Origin: Felis catus
Taxonomy: Eukaryota
Assembly (NCBI RefSeq): GCF_018350175.1
Contig: NC_058369.1
Span: 14,510,001 to 14,574,000, forward strand
Length of the DNA: 64,000 nt
Direction: 5' to 3'
Shown here: piece after piece, positions 1 to 12,600 of the stretch
How the letters are laid out: each line of letters opens with the position of its first letter
Numbering within the stretch: position 1 is the stretch's first letter
Translations under genes and position numbers: made by a program
The notes under the pieces: model-generated
Databases searched by the model: none
Told to the model about the DNA's origin: nothing
The model's input: the letters and a program-made list of their open reading frames with translations, nothing else

Positions 1-216
1 CAGCCAGTGCGGGTAGATGGCAAAATAGTCCACATGATATATCAGTAAAAAGCAACTACAGTTTATTTTAGAGAAATGTCCCTAGTTCTGATGGTGCTAA
101 GTGATCTCTGCTTGGTTTCAGCTCCTTTGTGAATTTTGCACTAATTGTATGGAGGGGCTGCTGCTGTGTGGGCTTCTCAGATAGGTTCCTTCTCCTTCAG
201 TGTTAAATCATCCCAG

Positions 217-1060
217 CTCATTCATTCCATAAATATTTATCAAGCACTGGTGTGTGTCCGACACTGTTCTAGGTGTTTGAAATACAATCACATCAGGCAG
301 ACAAGACACCCCTTTACTTGTGGCATTTATGTTCTTATTGGGTGAGAAAGTCCATACAGTACCACATTATATGGAATATGCAGAGAGGTCAGGCCTGTGG
401 GAGAGAAGGAGCAGGGTGGACCTCTGCAAAGGAGACATTTTGAGCGGTAACATGGGGGAGGGCATGGAAGGGTCTGCCATCTGGGCATGAGAGTGATTGA
501 GGCTGAGGGAGCAGGTATAGTATTAAAAACTCGAACAGCTACTGTTGTAAGAGGCCGTATACAGACATTTCTGAGAAATTGTGTGAAGCTGAATATGAAC
601 TGGACTTTTGCTGACATTTAGGGATTATTGTATGGTAGTTATGTTTTCAAAGATCGTTTTCAATTTGGGATGCCAGTTGGAGAAGTGATTGTTAAAATGA
701 TAAAGTATCTGGAATTTTGTTTAAAACATAAAAAGGGAGGGAGAGTTCCTGGTGTGTTGGAGGTGTGGCCGGGAAGCCAGCATGGCTAGGGTAGGATAGC
801 AGGAGGCATGCCTCAGGCCAGGAGACGGTAGGGCTTCACTCTAGGCAAATGCCAAACATGGTGTCCACTGGAGGTGTGAGAAGCTGTTGGACTCCAAATG
901 TGTTTAATGGCAGAAACAAAAGGATTTCCTGATGGACTGGAAGGTGGGGTAGTCTTATCAAGAGGGCAGCCCAAGGTTTTAATCTGAGCAGCCGAAAGAC
1001 TGGATCTGTCATGAGCTGAGATGGGGAAAAGCCATGTTTGAGTATGAAAGTCTGAGTTTA
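217..1060 (-). mobile_element. L2 LINE 3' fragments (interrupted)
   Basis: tcattcattc...aaatatttat...cactgttctaggtg is the reverse-complement L2 tail signature. Boundaries approximate. Confidence 0.6.
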
Positions 1061-1600
1061 CCTTAAAATTTCTTGCACATTGCATTCCATCCACGCATTG
1101 TGTGTGTTGTGATAACATATTAAGAAGGCCTTCTTCCTTGCTGGGTTAACCCTCCAGGAAAATTTTGTCCAGTGTGTCTTGTGGTCTTGCAGTCTTGGCA
1201 GAGTAGGATACTGGATCTTTGTCAAAAATCAGTTGTACACACGTGCATGGGTGTATTCTATTCCATCTCTTGTCTGTCTTTATCACACTGTCTTGGTTAT
1301 TGTAGTTTTATGATAAATCTTGAAATCAGGTAGGATAAGTCCTGCAAATTTGTTTGCCTTTTTCAGTTTTCACTATTCTAGTTCCTTTGCATTTCCGTAT
1401 ACATTTTAGAATCAGATTGTTTTTTCTACCAAAAAAAGAAACATGTTGGGAGTTTTTGATTGGATCTGCATTGAATCTGTGGATCAGTTTGGGAGATAAT
1501 TGATATCTTCTGATCCATGGACAAGGCATATCTTCCTTTATGTTTTATTTCTCTCAGTGATGTGTTATTGTGGTTCTACTTGATACGTCTTGAACATATA

Positions 1601-1824
1601 TTTTTTTTTTTAATTTTTTTTCAATGTTTATTTATTTTTGGGACAGAGAGAGACAGAGCATGAACGGGGGAGGGGCAGAGAGAGAGGGAGACACAGAATC
1701 GGAAACAGGCTCCAGGCTCTGAGCCATCAGCCCAGAGCCTGACGCGGGGCTCGAACTCCCAGACCGCGAGATCGTGACCTGGCTGAAGTCGGACGCTTAA
1801 CCGACTGCGCCACCCAGGCGCCCC
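1601..1824 (-). mobile_element. Young felid Can-SINE
   Basis: tRNA-derived head with intact CpGs, (CT)n and poly-A. TSD GAACATATATTTTTTT at 1592 and 1825. Confidence 0.95.
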
Positions 1825-1834
1825 GAACATATAT

Positions 1835-2045
1835 TTTTTTTAATGCTTATTTTGAGAGAGAGGGAAGGAGGGAGGCAGGGCACGAGTGGGGGAGGGGCAG
1901 AGAGAGAGGGAGACACAGAATCCAAAGCAGGTTCCAGACTGAACTGTCAGTACAGAGCCTGACACAGGGCTTGAACTCACTAATTGTGATACCATGACCT
2001 GAGCCAAAGTCGGACACTCAACCAACTGAGCCACCCAGGCACCCT
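1835..2045 (-). mobile_element. Older Can-SINE
   Basis: CpG-decayed SINE body ending in gagccacccaggcaccc. Confidence 0.9.
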
Positions 2046-2984
2046 GAACATCTTTTTAAAAATTAAATTTATCCTTAAGTATTTCATATATATGCTATTG
2101 TAAATGGATTTTTAAAAATCTGTGTGGAAATACTGCTGACTTGTGTGTATTGACTTTGTTTCTGAAGAGGGTAGGTGCTCAGAAAGCCTCTCCTTCTGGG
2201 CTTCCCCCTCCATGGCAGAGTGAGGCCATGGTTCAAGAGATATGAAAGAACTAGGATTAATGGTGTCCACTGTGTTTTTTGGCCTGAATGGGGCCAAAAA
2301 GGAGTGGCAGAAAGGGCTCCCCTCCCCAGGAACTAGCCCTGGTGGTGGCTACATCTGGCCCTGGGCCTCACTGAGGAGGATGCCATGTGTGCTCCTTGGT
2401 GCCCAAAGGTCTTTGCATAGAGTTCATTGATATTTGCTTATTTTGCAAGTTCTCCCATGGGAGTGTTTCTTGCTATCCATGAACTGTGAATTGTTGTGAA
2501 CCCAGTTTAAAAATAAAGGTTTCATATTAGAGCCAGGCCTCCTGGTAGTCATGTGGGCTCAAAGAATGACAACAGAGGTGATACTGACAATATTCGGCAA
2601 GCTACAACTGATAGCCCTGCCTAGGAGTCTGGGATTTGGCTGGTTCTCTAGGTTTAGCCTCTGCGCCTGGAGCCCTGCGTGTCTGATGTCATAAAGGAGG
2701 GAGAAGTCCTGGAGCCACACTGTCTCTGAACATTCTTGTTCCTTAATTTTCCTGTCTGTAAAACAGGTACTTCCTTCCTCCCTGGGCAGTTTTGTAATCC
2801 CTGTGGAGATGATCCCTGGGGTAAAACTTCGAGTTGCCCTATGGAGGTAAAGTCTGCCTGGGCCCCAGGCACACTGCACCCTCAGCTTCTTGAGGGCAAA
2901 CCCTGCACTGCCTGGAATGGTGAGTGGTTTCCCTGGTGTGTGGACCGGGGAGCAAAGAAGTCATGTCTGTAGAGGGAGACCTGG

Positions 2985-3074
2985 GTGACCCTGGGCAAAT
3001 TCCTGAATATTAGACACATTAGATCACTTATCTGAAAATGGGGATGATCATGTAACCCCAAGGTTGTCCTGGGG
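2985..3074 (+). mobile_element. MIR SINE relic, apparent orthologue of the human MIR640 hairpin
   Basis: MIR core (gtgaccctgggcaa...tctgaaaatggggatgat). It resembles the hsa-mir-640 precursor as I recall it, and MIR640 lies in human GATAD2A intron 1. Confidence 0.7.
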
Positions 3075-3505
3075 ATTCAAAGAGATACAGAGTTTTAGCA
3101 TAGTAACTGGAATTTGCTACTAAGCACCTGTTAAATTCTAAGTATTACTGTTTCTGCTATTAATGTTATTACTGTCATAACTGAAATGTTGAGCCATTTT
3201 CTGTGTGTTCAGTATGTTGGTGTGTGGCTGCATGTTACCACCTCATATCTGTGTCCATATTGCTGAAGTCAGTGTCTGGGATGCTAGTGTTTATTGGTTA
3301 GCACTGCATCAGGTCATAGGTCAGAGAGTGATTGAAATTTATTTCCTCAGCCTGCCTCCCTTAGTAGAGGCAGAGCTCTGAAATCTAAATTTTACTTTAA
3401 TCTAAATTTTTACTAATTCCAGGGGTCAGAGACATTGAAAATTGTCTATACATTCCAGAAACTTACCTTGGAAACTCAGTATTTCTTTTTCTGTCCTTTT
3501 TTTAG

Positions 3506-3594
3506 GTTGGTCAGCACGTCGACACAAGTTGCCTTTTGACGTAGCTGCCGCCATGGCCAGCTGGTAGGACCAGCATCCCATGCCCAGAAGCCAG
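3506..3594 (+). other. GATAD2A: Candidate alternative 5' exon of GATAD2A (89 nt) with a uORF
   Basis: Long polypyrimidine tract plus TAG at 3505, consensus donor CAG|GTGAGT at 3594, retained CpGs, and GCCGCCATGG inside. Confidence 0.65.
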
Positions 3595-4537
3595 GTGAGT
3601 GGTTGAGGTCTGGTGTCTGGAATGAAGGCTCTGACTTGTCCAGTGAACCTCATTCAGCTCCTTGGACATTTGAAACTGAGCACTGCTTCAGAAGCTTACA
3701 GCTACCTCCTAGAGGAAATAGAGAGTCAAGTTCCTCCAGAATTGTGTACTGGGCTGTCACCACAGGATCACCCAGGCCCTGCCTGTTGCTTCCAGGGAGG
3801 CTGTTTGCTCACCCCTCCTATCTCAGGGTTCACTCACTTGAAAAGCCCAGGCCTAAATGGGATAAACCTTCCTGGGAAGATCAGGAAGAGGATAATTAAT
3901 CCTAGCCAGGTGGCCTTTGCCCTCTGGCCACTTTTGTGATTTCCCAACACTAACCAAAATGAGTAGAATTTTTCCCTCACCACTGTCGGTAGTGCAGGGC
4001 CCTGCACTGGTGCTTGGAACTGGTTGCCCTTACCCCAACTCACACCTGTGAGGAAACTGAGCCGGCCTCACCCCTTGCTTAGGACTCTCAAGGGCTGAAA
4101 GGACCCAGCAGGGCAGAGCCTGAGACCTGGGTGGAATTTTTATCTTGTTACCATCAGAGTCTGGCCAGCCATGTTTCGGCCCAGAACTACCTACCTAGAG
4201 AAGAAGGTAGAACTGGGAATTGTCTTAGAACTCTAAGACAGCTTGGAGGACCTCCTGAGTTGGTCAGCTGCTTTTACAGGCTAGCCAGCAGGTGACTTGC
4301 TGAGGGGTGCATGTCTCTCTAACAGCATAGCTGTATGGGGTGAGAACCGGCTGCCTGGATTTGTCTGCTTCAAGACGAGAGTTGGGGTTGGTTTTGTGAG
4401 GTTTCAGCTCTTACTTGCATATAGCAAAAAAAAAAAAAAAAAAGAGTATGGTCAAGTATTCCTGTTAGCAGGAAAACATTTCCAGAATGTTCTAACAAAA
4501 GCTTTAGCAGTGCTTTAGTTTTGTTTGTTTGTTTGTT

Positions 4538-5135
4538 TTACAATCGGGATATAATTTGCTTACCATACAGTTCACCGATTTATGATTTAAAATTCAGTGT
4601 TTATTTATTTGGTATATTCAAGAGTTGTGCAACCATCATCTCTGTCTAGTTCCAGAACACTTATCACCCCCAAAAGAAACTCCATCCTCATTAGCTGTCA
4701 TTCCTTATCTCCTTATTCCTCCGTCTCCCACTAATCTATCTGCTTTCTGTTTCTATACATTTGCCTGTTCTGGACATTTTATATCAACAGAGTCATAGAC
4801 TATATAACGTGTGTGTCTGGCTTTTCTCAGAGTAATGTTTTTGAGGTTCATCTACATTGTAGCATGATTCAGTGCTTCATATGCTTTTATGGCTGAGTAA
4901 TTCCATCACATGGATGGACCACTTATTTATTCATCAGGATAAATTTGGGTGGTTTCCACCTTTTGGCATTTGCAAATAGTGCTGCTATGAACATTTGTGA
5001 ACGCAATTTGTGTGGATATGTTTTTGGTTCCTTTGGGTATATACCTAGGAGTGGAATTGCTGGATCATATGGTAACTGGTGAACATTTTGAGGACTTGCC
5101 AGACTGTTGTCATGGCAGCTCTACCATTTTACACG
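4538..5135 (-). mobile_element. L1 (L1MB-like) 3' end
   Basis: Typical L1 3' motifs (gggtatatacctaggagtggaattgctggatcatatggtaact). Confidence 0.8.
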
Positions 5136-5550
5136 CCCCCTGCCCTAGCTCTACCTGAGACCCTCAGAGCCCTCTGGAGACAAGAAGTGATCTAAAGTCT
5201 ATGCTGGTTTCCTAGAGCTAGCTGAGGATCACCAGTGTTGATGATGCTTGATACCTGGTCCTAATGGCTTCTTACCTGGTGTTGGTAGCATAGTGGGGCA
5301 TCCTTAGAGGATGGGTCTGGCACTTGACTGTCATCAGGCTATCTTTAGACATTAGCATTTAAAAATCATGGAACTTTACATCTGGAAAAGGTCTCACCTG
5401 AAGCTCAGCCCAGTGTGGTGAGTGACTGCCCTTGTCCTGCAGTCCCGGTTGTTGTCTGAAGGCAGTAGGCTAGCTTAGGGTTCTCTGAGGTCCTAGGCTA
5501 GGTGCTCCTGCTTCTGCCTAGTCCTTTGTTAACTCAAAAGTACATGGTCA

Positions 5551-5992
5551 GGGGATCCTGGGTGGCTCAGTTGGTTGAGCATCTTACTTCAGCTCAGGTT
5601 ATACTCTCATGGTTCTTGAGTTCAAACCCCACATTGGGCTCACTGCTGTCAGCTTAAAGCTGGCTTCTGATCTTCTGTCTCCCTCTCTTTCTGCCCCTCC
5701 CTCGCTCATATTCTCTCTCTCAAAGATAAAACATTTAAAAAATAGGGGCGCCTGGGTGGCTCAGTCGGTTAAGTGTCCGACTTCAGCTCAGGTCACGATC
5801 TCGCGGTCCGTGAGTTCAAGCCCCGCGTTGGGCTCTGGGCTGATGGCTCAGAGCCTGGAGCCTGCTTCCGATTCTGTGTCTCCCTCTCTCTCTGCCCCTC
5901 CCCCGTTCATGCTCTGTCTCTCTCTGTCTCAAAAATAAATAAACCGTTAAAAAAATTTAAAAAATAAAAAAAAAAATAGTTAAAAAAAAAAA
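5551..5992 (+). mobile_element. Two nested Can-SINEs (5551-5743 older; 5745-5978 younger, inserted in its tail)
   Basis: Two gggg(a/c)..cctgggtggctcag heads. Inner TSD aaaaaatag, outer TSD catggtcag. Confidence 0.92.
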
Positions 5993-6035
5993 CCATGGTC
6001 AGAGCAGTAAGTACTTGCAGAATGAATGAATGATG

Positions 6036-6120
6036 AAAGAAAGAAAGAAAAGAAAGAGAGGGAAAGAAAAGAAGGAAAGAGAAAGAAAAGATGGAGAGAA
6101 GGAAAGAAAAAGAAAAAAAC
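6036..6120. repeat. GA-rich low-complexity tract
   Basis: (GAAA)n-like purine run. Confidence 0.85.
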
Positions 6121-6325
6121 AGACCTCCTCCTTCCCTGTCCAGGAGGGAAGACAGCCATTGCATGAAGGGGTTTGATGGGAAAGGACAGTCTGTGAATAG
6201 TGATGGCTAATGTCAAACGGGCAAAAAAATACCCTTGAGTAATTATTTTTTAAGGATTTATAAATATGTCAGCTTGTGTACTCTTTGTTGTGGGGTGTAA
6301 GTCATTTCAACAAATTGATTTTGTA

Positions 6326-6553
6326 TTTTCTTTTTTTAATTTTTTAAATTGTTTTTATTATTTATTTTGAGAGAGAGATACAGAGCATGAGCAGGCAAGG
6401 GGCAGTGAGAGAAGGAGACACAGAATCTGAAGCAGGCTCCAGGCTCTGAGCTGTCAGCACAGAGCCTGACGGGGGTGCTGGAACCCATGAACCATGAGAT
6501 CATGACCTAAGCCGAAGTCAGACGCTCAACTGACTGAGCCACCCAGGCACCCC
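6326..6553 (-). mobile_element. Can-SINE
   Basis: Reverse-complement SINE body and tail. Confidence 0.92.
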
Positions 6554-7910
6554 TTCTGTTTTCTCTGTTTAACACCAGCCCGGCACCCCCTTTCAGTTGA
6601 ACCGTGGCCTGTGGTCACCTCAGGTCTCCCCATTTCTGCCACCCAGGACTTAGTAAGCATAGAAGAGGAGCAAGACAGGAGGAGGGTTGGCTCCTGGTGA
6701 GCCTGACATATGCACACAGCCCCCACACAGTGCCCCACACTGTACACAGTTGTAGGTGTGCACACTTTGGGTCAGACTGCCTGCTTGGGCTAATGATGTG
6801 GCATCTGCCCCTCAATTTTTGCCTGTCAGGGGTCCTGTTTATTCAGCAGGTACACACTGCTCATGTGCTGAATGACTTTGCCTTATGTTGGGTGTTAAGG
6901 ATTAAAAATGGGTGTGACTTAGAGAAAAACAGTTCACAGAAAAAGTGAGTGCAGATGGCTCTTACCAAAGGTATAGAAGATGCTCAAGTCTTTCTGATAC
7001 TAAGAATAATGCTCATTGGAGTTTCAAGACAACATTTCTGACCTTTTGTCCCCAGAGGTGGATACCAGTCTATTGATGGGAATCAAGCACTGCCATATAT
7101 TGCTTTTGGAGGCTCACAGCTCTTCAGAGAGAGATTTGTTTACCCTTTGCTTCAGAAATTCCGCTTCTAGAAAAATGTATCACAAAGATACACTGTCAAA
7201 CATAAGAATTGTGACAAGGATGTTCATTCTAACATTCTGAAGTAACAAAGCTGGAAATGACTTAGATGTTTGTCAGTTGGGGCTGGAGACTTATGGGGAT
7301 GGATCTCCTGGGTGGGGATGGCATCAAGCCCCCTGAGCAAAGGAAGAAGGGACGTCCTTATGTCACGGTGATGGGATTTCTAGGGTGAAATGAGAAGTGG
7401 AAGAAGCAAGGTGGAGGATAAAGAGATACAGTATGCTTACCTCTCCAAGGAAAGGTGGAGGGACATGGATGTATGTGTATTTGCTTCTATTTTATTTTTA
7501 AATATGGAAATACAAACCATAAATGAACAATATGGTTATTTCTAGGAGGAGGGATGAGAGAGGACAGGGTTACCAGGAGATGTCTCTGGTTTTCTTTTCT
7601 GTGTAGCACCAGATGGGTGTTTTACATAATTATGAAACAAAAGTATGGCAAGTTGTGAGGCGAGTGGAGAGAAGCAAACCCTAAAAAGCAAAAGGAAATT
7701 AATATGAATCTAGGTGTATGTCAGTTGTGATTCAAGTTGTGACTTAACTAATGTTTCAGGATTTCCTTTGCTCAACTTTTAAACATAGTAGACTATAAAT
7801 GTTTTAGTGAGATATGCCATAAGGGCAAAAACTTTTTTAAAAAAATCAGTAACTATCTTTAAGAATTATTTTTGGTTTTAGGTTAATAATACCAATACTC
7901 ACTACTGTTT

Positions 7911-8362
7911 CAGTAGTGCCCCCTTACCCACCAGAACACTTTCCAAGACCACTGTGGGATGCCTGAAACCGCAGATAGTATCAAACCCTATATATACTGT
8001 GATTTGTTCCTATATACATGCAGACCTATGATAAAGTTTAGTTTATAAGTTAGGCACAATAAGAGATTAACAACAATAACTAACTAATAGTAGAACAATC
8101 ATAGCTATGCTATAGTAAAAGTTGTGTGAATTTGGCCTCTCTCTCAAAAATCTTAGTACTGTACTCACCCTTGTAATGATGTGAGATGATAAAATGCCTG
8201 TGTTATGAGATGAAGTGAGGTGAATGACGCAGGCATTGTGACATAGCATTAGGCTACTGTTGACCTTATGATATGTCAGAGAATCATCTGCTCCTGGGCC
8301 GTGATTGACCACAGGTACCTGAAACCGTGGAAAGCAAAACCGTGGATAAGTGGGGACAACTG
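7911..8362 (-). mobile_element. MER44-like Tigger (TcMar) non-autonomous DNA transposon
   Basis: Terminal inverted repeats CAGTAGTGCCCCCTTACCCAC and GTGGATAAGTGGGGACAACTG, followed by TA. The interior resembles the MER44 consensus as recalled. Confidence 0.85.
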
Positions 8363-8364
8363 TA

Positions 8365-9340
8365 TTATAGGAGATAACAAATAAGTAGTAATTAATGTCT
8401 TTAAGAACCAGAATTTTCAGCACCAAAGAAAAATGCAAGTATAAAATCAAGGCACTTAAGTTAAAATGTTTTAATTCTAAATCTGCATTGGGAACATGTG
8501 TAAGACTACTAAGGGTGAGACAGGGGAGTATGAATAAGAACAGATTCCCAATTTGGAGTGTCAAATGTGTTAAAAATCAACAGGTTCATTTATATTGGTA
8601 CTCAAAGGAAAGGAAGAATCTTGCTGGTCCTCTTTGGGGGGTGCTAGGGAACCAACTCATTTTGAAAATTGGTAAATAAAGGGAGAGAAACAAGCATTTA
8701 TCCTCTTTTCGATGGACTGAACTCTCGAGGAACAAAACAGTGGGTGAGAACAAGATCAGTGCTGTCCTACAAAACTTCCTGGAACTCTCTGTACCCTCAC
8801 TGTCCAATGCACCTGGAATAGTTTGAAGAAGTCAACTTTTAATTTTATTTAATTTTAGTCTATTTAAATAGCCACATGTGGCTAGTGGACAGTGCTGCTA
8901 TTGACATATTCTGGCTAATTAAAATGAAATGATGGAATTAGAAGTTTATAAGTTTTCAGACACCTAATGAAATGGTGAGTCCAGACAGTGATCCTCAGTG
9001 GCCGCCTTGCACCCAAGAAGGGTACATGTGCTACTGGAAGGATGTGTGCTTGTTTTGGCTGCAGAATCTAGTTTATAGTAAATCGGGGGCATGTTGCATT
9101 ATGCCACGGGGATGCCACCAGCAAACCTGACTGTGGGGAAATAAGATAAATGATTGAAAGGAAAGGTTTTGGGAGGACCTATAGATTTCAACCAAGTGTG
9201 ACTCTGACAAAGACTAAGAAATGCTTGTTAAATTGTTGGAGGTCAGGTCACGGAATTGTAGTGGTTTGTAGATACAAATACTGACCAGTGCATTCATAAA
9301 TGAATGTTGTGTAGGATTTGCTTCACAGGAGCTAGTGGGG
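8365..9340 (+). mobile_element. Old L1 (L1MC-like) 3' region hosting a MER3 copy
   Basis: aattttcagcaccaaagaaaaatgcaagtataaaatcaag resembles the L1MC 3' UTR. Heavily diverged. Confidence 0.5.
8757..8897. mobile_element. MER3-like hAT-Charlie element (internally deleted)
   Basis: Ends cagtgctgtcc and ggacagtgctg, with internal tttaaatagccacatgtggctagtgg. Confidence 0.75.
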
Positions 9341-10569
9341 TATGGGGGAAAGGAGCAGTGTATGGAAGACCTGCAGCCTGGGTGGTGCATGTGCGCTGTG
9401 AATCCTGTTGTTTGTGCTACTTCTGAGGGCATTGCTACTTCTGCAATTTTCCGTAATCAAATATTTGAAAAATGGGCTTGACCCAGGCATATATATTCCT
9501 CAGGGAGCTTTATCACATACATCACCCAGGGCAGGGGAGTCCTCTGTTACAAAAGGGTGGCGGCCACTGTGGTTAAATTTAAGCAGAATACTTTCAGCAG
9601 AGATTCTGGAATTGCTAAGGGGCTGTGGCTGGTGGCCTGTCAGGTGGAACAACTTCCGTTTCCAGCAGTCTTATTTTCAATAATAATAATAATACTCACA
9701 GCTACCCTTCATGGAGCCGTCAGAGCATTTCCCATTTCACAGGTGAGGAAAACTGAGGTGAACCAGGCATTCTGGTTTCTACCTGATGCACTGCGATGCT
9801 GATGGCACCTTCCTATTTCTGAGCCCCTGGCTTCCCTGCCCAGTGCTTGGAGCTCACCTTACCCCTGCATGTGCTTCTTCACTTCAGTACTGACTCTGTG
9901 ATATCCCATACTTTGTTTTCTGACATAACATAATTTTGATTAGAGACCAGTCTCACTTCCCTCTTGGTGTCATTTGTCCATAGCAGCTATAGCCAGTGGA
10001 TAAAGTAGATGGTTTGATTCCATGTGTGATCTAGGGATCACTGCAACTCTCAGAGTGATAGGGACCTCACTGTGTGTCTCTCCGCCTGATGTCCACTGCC
10101 CATGCACCTGCCTCCTTGCATATCTTCCCAGGGTTTCCAGGGAGGAGGCCCCGGGGTGTCCCAGGGGCCCAGTCAGCCCCTTGTTCTTGGTAGAAACTAA
10201 GCCGGTATTTGGACAGATGAATAAAACACCTGTGAGACTGAGGTGGGTGGCACATTCCCAGTAATGTGTTAATGTAAAACCGTAGCATGTGTTGTTTTGG
10301 TTTTAGACAGTATGAAGCCTACGATGAGCCTGACTTAAATTGTATTCTGATGGTGGTGGTTTGTGTGACCCCAGTTGTCTGAGGCCTTACCCTCTTTCTG
10401 CCTTGGTTCCCCATTGCTAGATTGGTTCTTGTGTGTACCACATGGCCACACAACCAGGCATCAGCTTTCCTTTGCTTGGAGGTGGTTCTTAGTTCCCACC
10501 TGTGGGGTGGGCTTGTTGTGGCCTCAGACTCTGTGAGAACTGGATGGTTGACTCACAGAACCTAAAAAA

Positions 10570-12060
10570 CTCCCCCAATTTAAACATTTTAAAGTGTGTA
10601 AAATTCATTGGCATTTAGTGCATCCATGATATTGTACACTCATCATCTCTATCAAATACTATCAAATACCAGAACGTTTTTATCCCCAAAAGAAGCCTGT
10701 ACCCATTAGCAGTCACTATCCCCTCTTTCATCTCTGTGTCCTTCAGGGCCCTAGGAACCACTAGTCTACTTTCTGTTTCCATGGATTTGCCTGTTCTAGG
10801 CATTTCATATAAATGGAATCATATACTATGTGGCCTTTTTTTTATCTGGCTTCTGTTGCTCAACGTAGTATTTTCACTGTTCATCCACATTGTGACATGA
10901 ATCAGAACTTCATTCCTTTTTATGAGTGAATAATACTTCATTGTATGGATATATCACATTTTGTTCATTTGTTCATCTGTTGATGGACATTTGGGTTGTT
11001 TCTACTTGTTGGCTATTGTAAATAGTGCTGCTTTTAACATTTGTGTATAGATTTTTGTGTGAATATGTTTTCACATCTCTTAGCTTGTGTACCTAGCAGA
11101 ATTGCTGGGTCATATGTAATGCTTTTTGAGAGACTGCCAGACTGTTAACCATGTTACCATGCCATTTTATAGTCCTGTCAGCAGTGTATGAGGGTTCCAC
11201 TTTCTCCACATCATTGACAACACTTGTTTTTTCTTTTTTCTTTTTTTTTTCTTTTTTTGTTAACCACCATCCTAGTGGGTTTGAGGTAGTATCTCGTGAT
11301 TTTGATTTGCGTTTATCTGATGATAAATGATGTTAAACATCTTTTCATGTGTTTATTGGCCACTTGAATATCTTCTTTGGAGAAATGTCTATTTAAGTCC
11401 TTTACCTGGTTTTTAATTGGATTTGTTGTTTAATTATAAGAGTTCTTCGTATATTTTGGCCACTACACCCTTATCAGATAAATAATTTGCACATATTTTC
11501 TCCTATTTCATGGGTTGTTTTTTCACTTTTTTAAAGATTTTATTTTTTTTATTTAATTTTTTAAATGTTTATTTATTTTTAAGAGAGAGAGAGACAAAGA
11601 ATCTGAAGCAGGATTCAGGCTCCGAGCTCTTAGCACAGAGCACAATCTGGGGCTCGAACTTGTGTACTGCGAGATCATGACCTAAGCCAAAGTCAGACCC
11701 TTAACTGACTGAACCACCCAGGGGTCCCTTTAAGATTTTATTTTAAGTAATTTCTGCACCAAATGTGGGGCTTGAACTTACAGCCCTAAGATCGAGAGTC
11801 GCCTGCTGTATTGACTGAACCAGCCAGGCACCCCTCATTCTCTTATTAGTGTCCTTTGCACATTAGATTTTAATTTTGTTGAAGTCCAATTTCTTTTTTT
11901 TTTCTTTCATTGTGCTTTTGGTGTCACATTTAATAATCTGTTGCTGAATCCAAGGTCATAATTTACCCTTCAGCTTTTCTCTTAAGAGTTTTTATAAGTT
12001 TAGTTTTTAATAGGTCTCTGACCTATTTTGAGTTAATTTTTGTTATAAGATAAGGGTTTT
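10570..12060 (-). mobile_element. L1 (L1MB-like) 3' end and ORF2 tail, interrupted by SINEs
   Basis: L1 motifs gatggacatttgggttgtttc and tatcttctttggagaaatgtctattt. Confidence 0.85.
11541..11834 (-). mobile_element. Can-SINE (11541-11728) nested in the tail of a short Can-SINE (11729-11834)
   Basis: Duplicated aagattttatttt flanks the inner element. Confidence 0.88.
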
Positions 12061-12149
12061 GTTTTTGATCCTTATTTTTTTAATTGGCCTGAAGACATTT
12101 TGGTTTTTTTTAGGAAGGGAGAATGATACCTGGGAATTCTGAAAATGCT

Positions 12150-12600
12150 TTTTCTTGTGTGTTAAACACCTATGTATTGAGCCCTTATTCTATCCTGGGC
12201 CCTAGGATGGTAGCAGTGAACAAAGAGGTGTTCCATGTTCTTATGGGAGATGGGGTTAGGAGGGCACATAGACAAATAAATAGAATGTTAAGTGGTGATG
12301 AAGTGGAAAAGAGGTTAGAGGTCCACCAAGGGAGCTACGTGCCATTTTGGTTTCTCAGGTGAGACCTATAAAAGAGGGTAGTTCAGAGACCTGGAGGGAG
12401 GAGACTTCAAGGCAGAGAAAGCAGGATGTGCAAAGGCCCTGGGGTGGGAGTGAGCTAACCATCAGAGGAGCAGCCAGACTGTCAGTGTGACGTAAGAGAA
12501 TGGGGTCCAGGGTTGGTGGGGCACAGATGGCAGATGAGGTCAGAGAGGCTGACCAGACCTCAAGGATGTGGTGAGGGCCTTGTTTTTATCTTGAACAGTA
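12150..12600 (-). mobile_element. L2 fragment
   Basis: gtgcaaaggccctggggtgggag and gatgaggtcagagagg are L2-like. Confidence 0.55.

Larger units (their letters stand above)
1215..2160 (-). mobile_element. Old L1 ORF2 fragment interrupted by two SINEs
   Basis: The minus-strand translation PCPWIRR...PKLIHRFNADPIK resembles the L1 ORF2 PCSWIGR...PKAIYRFNAIPIK motif. Confidence 0.75.

Noticed and set aside
1621..1830. Recurrent short ORFs such as GAPGWRSRLSVRLQPGHDL and MAQSVKRPTSAQVMIS
   Set aside because: These are translations of Can-SINE sequence, not genes.
8067..8564. 165-aa minus-strand ORF
   Set aside because: It spans a MER44 relic and L1 sequence and has no transposase motifs.
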